Assembly (NCBI GenBank): GCA_965219095.1
Contig: OZ244719.1
Span: 64,001-128,000, forward strand
Direction of reading: 5' to 3'
DNA from: Bdellovibrionales bacterium
GTDB taxonomy: Bacteria; Bdellovibrionota; Bdellovibrionia; Bdellovibrionales; UBA1609
Length of the DNA: 64,000 nt
Shown here in pieces: positions 62,285 through 64,000 of this stretch. Each line of letters begins with the position of its first letter. Within the stretch, counting starts at the first letter, position 1. Position numbers and translations under genes: made by a program. The notes beneath the pieces are model-generated. The model worked only from the letters and a program-made list of their open reading frames with translations, was not told the DNA's origin and did no database searches.

Positions 62285-63030
62285 TCGAACGTGAAAAATG
62301 CACAAACAGCTAAAAACACTTGTTTTTTTGTAATTTTTGCATAAAAATAATTGCAAGGAAGTGGAAAAACAGATAAAAAACCTTGCAAAACAGAAAGGAA
62401 AAAAGATGAGGCCAAAAGACATGTTCAGCACACAAAAGAGAAGCCCTCTTAATTTTAGAGTAAACGACATTGTTCATAAGAAGCATCCGCTTGTCATTTT
62501 AGCTAATAAAATAGACTGGGATCGTTTTGATAAAGTTTTTGGTTCGAAGTATGATGAAAAAAAAAGGTCGTCCAGGTCTTTCAACTCGTTTAATGGTGGG
62601 ACTTCAGTGCTTGAAATACATTTATAATTTAAGTGACGAGAAGACAATAGAAATGTTCAAAGAGAGTCCTCAATGGCAGTATTTTTGTGGTCAGCCTTTT
62701 TATTCTTATGAAGATCCCTGTGATAGAAGTTCATTGACTAACTGGAGAAAGAGGATGGGGGCTGAGAAGATAGAAGTTCTCTTAGAGGAAACCATTGATT
62801 TAGCTTTGAGAGAGGGTTTTGTAAAAAAAAAGAGTTTGAGAATGTAGTTGTTGATACAACTGTTCAAGAGAAAGCAATAGCTTTTCCTACAGACAGCCGT
62901 CTTTATTACAAAGCTTTAAAGACTTTAGTTCACAGGGCTAAAAAAGAGGGTTTAGTTTTACGTCAAAGCTATAAAAGAAAGGCCAAGGAGTGTTTGTTTA
63001 AGAATGCTCGTTATGCTCATACAAGAAAAA
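62284..63030 (+). pseudogene. IS5-family transposase, frameshifted in A tracts and truncated
   Basis: HPLVILANKIDW, GRPGLSTRLMVGL, LSDE, QYFCG, DTTVQEKAIAFPTD, LRQSY. Confidence 0.88.
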
Positions 63031-63305
63031 TAAGGCCTTTCTTTTAGAGCTAGTCAAAAATAACAACATGCAGAATCAAGAGAGACTGAAGAATAACCAA
63101 AGTTTAATGAACTCCCATAGAGAACCCTAAAGAAAGTCAATAACGACACACAGGGGCTTACACAGGCCTTAGCAAGAGCTATCAGCAATAAGACAAGAGA
63201 TTTTTTGCTCGAGCAAATTAACTCTTTAAATGACAAATCTAGTGAAATTAAACAAGAAGTAGAAAGACTTAAAAAATGAAAGAACTCCCTTTAAAGAAAA
63301 CGTTA

Positions 63306-64000
63306 TACCATTTCCAAAAATTAATTCGACATTCTTTTAACGCATAGCGTCCTGGCTTTTTGATCAAACTCTGTTAAATTTTTAGAGTGTCGAAAAAAGA
63401 TTTAGTTACACAAATTCAAGGGTATGATTTTCTAGCTACTTACAAAGTAGAAAGAAGTGCCAACATCAAGATAAAACTCCAAGCTTTGCAGCATATGCAA
63501 GAAGGAAAATCGATTCAAGAAACAGCAAGTATAGTTTTCTATCACCGTCACAGTATCAAATCCTGGTTACAGTCTTTTGTAGACTTTGATTACGAGGGGT
63601 TGATAGATCGAGAAGGCAGAGGGCGCAAGCCTCGTTTACCAGTGACAGAAGAAGAGAACTTCAAAATCAAGTTAGATGAAATTCAAGACAAGAGAGAAGG
63701 AGGAAGCATAGGAGCAAAGGGAATACAGGAACTTTTAGCAAATGAATTTGACTGTTGCTATTCTCTTTCTGGGGTTTATGCTCTTTTAGACCGTCTTAAT
63801 ATTGTATGGATCAGTGGTCGTTCTCTTCATCCTAAAAGTTCACAAGAAGCTATGGAACAGTTTAAGGAACATTTTCCAGAAGAGGTGGAGAAAATAAAGG
63901 AAAAGATTCAGACTCATAAAATAGAGATTTGGTGGCAGGATGAATGCAGAATAGGCCAGCAAGGTTCTTTGAGTAGGATTTGGGCAAGAAAAGGCACACG
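63306..64000 (+). mobile_element. IS630-A copy, partial; ORF from GTG 63387 open to the window end
   Basis: IR TACCATTTCCAAAAATTAATTCGACA; translation matches 8544..9608. Confidence 0.92.

Noticed and set aside
63060..63280. Coiled-coil fragment (LKKVNNDTQGLTQALARA...VERLKK) as a serine-recombinase tail
   Set aside because: No diagnostic motif and upstream in-frame stops; cannot be assigned without a search

Overview
AT-rich bacterial chromosomal segment. The gene content points to Bdellovibrionota (inference): a Gld-type ABC module, MlaDEF-alr, lipA-E2-lpdA-lipB, DivIVA, vWA/TPR proteins, SNWERG-type XRE proteins and a sigma54-type promoter before a secreted subtilisin. Intact housekeeping operons alternate with nested stacks of insertion sequences that take up roughly a quarter of the window by hand tally. 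They come from about nine families (IS110, IS982, two IS630 types, IS66, IS3, ISL3, IS1634, IS701, two IS5 groups) and include many tiny MITEs, several with intact target duplications. Points of most interest: (i) three tandem XRE-HTH genes with very basic tails, two sharing a palindromic operator over the -10 box; (ii) an IS110/IS1111-type 3' non-coding end that looks like an orphan bridge-RNA locus; (iii) recurrent fold-back or end-swapped IS derivatives in unrelated families, including a 38-bp palindromic MITE with an 8-bp TSD; (iv) a perfect three-way-junction element in the ISL3 leader; (v) an IS630 type that seems to duplicate TTA and carries a long variable tail. The supplied ORF track gives the wrong strand for DivIVA (31489..32079 is +) and omits the edge ORFs at 1..765 and 63387..64000. 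No tRNA, rRNA or CRISPR array was seen. All family calls come from recognising motifs by eye, not from database searches.
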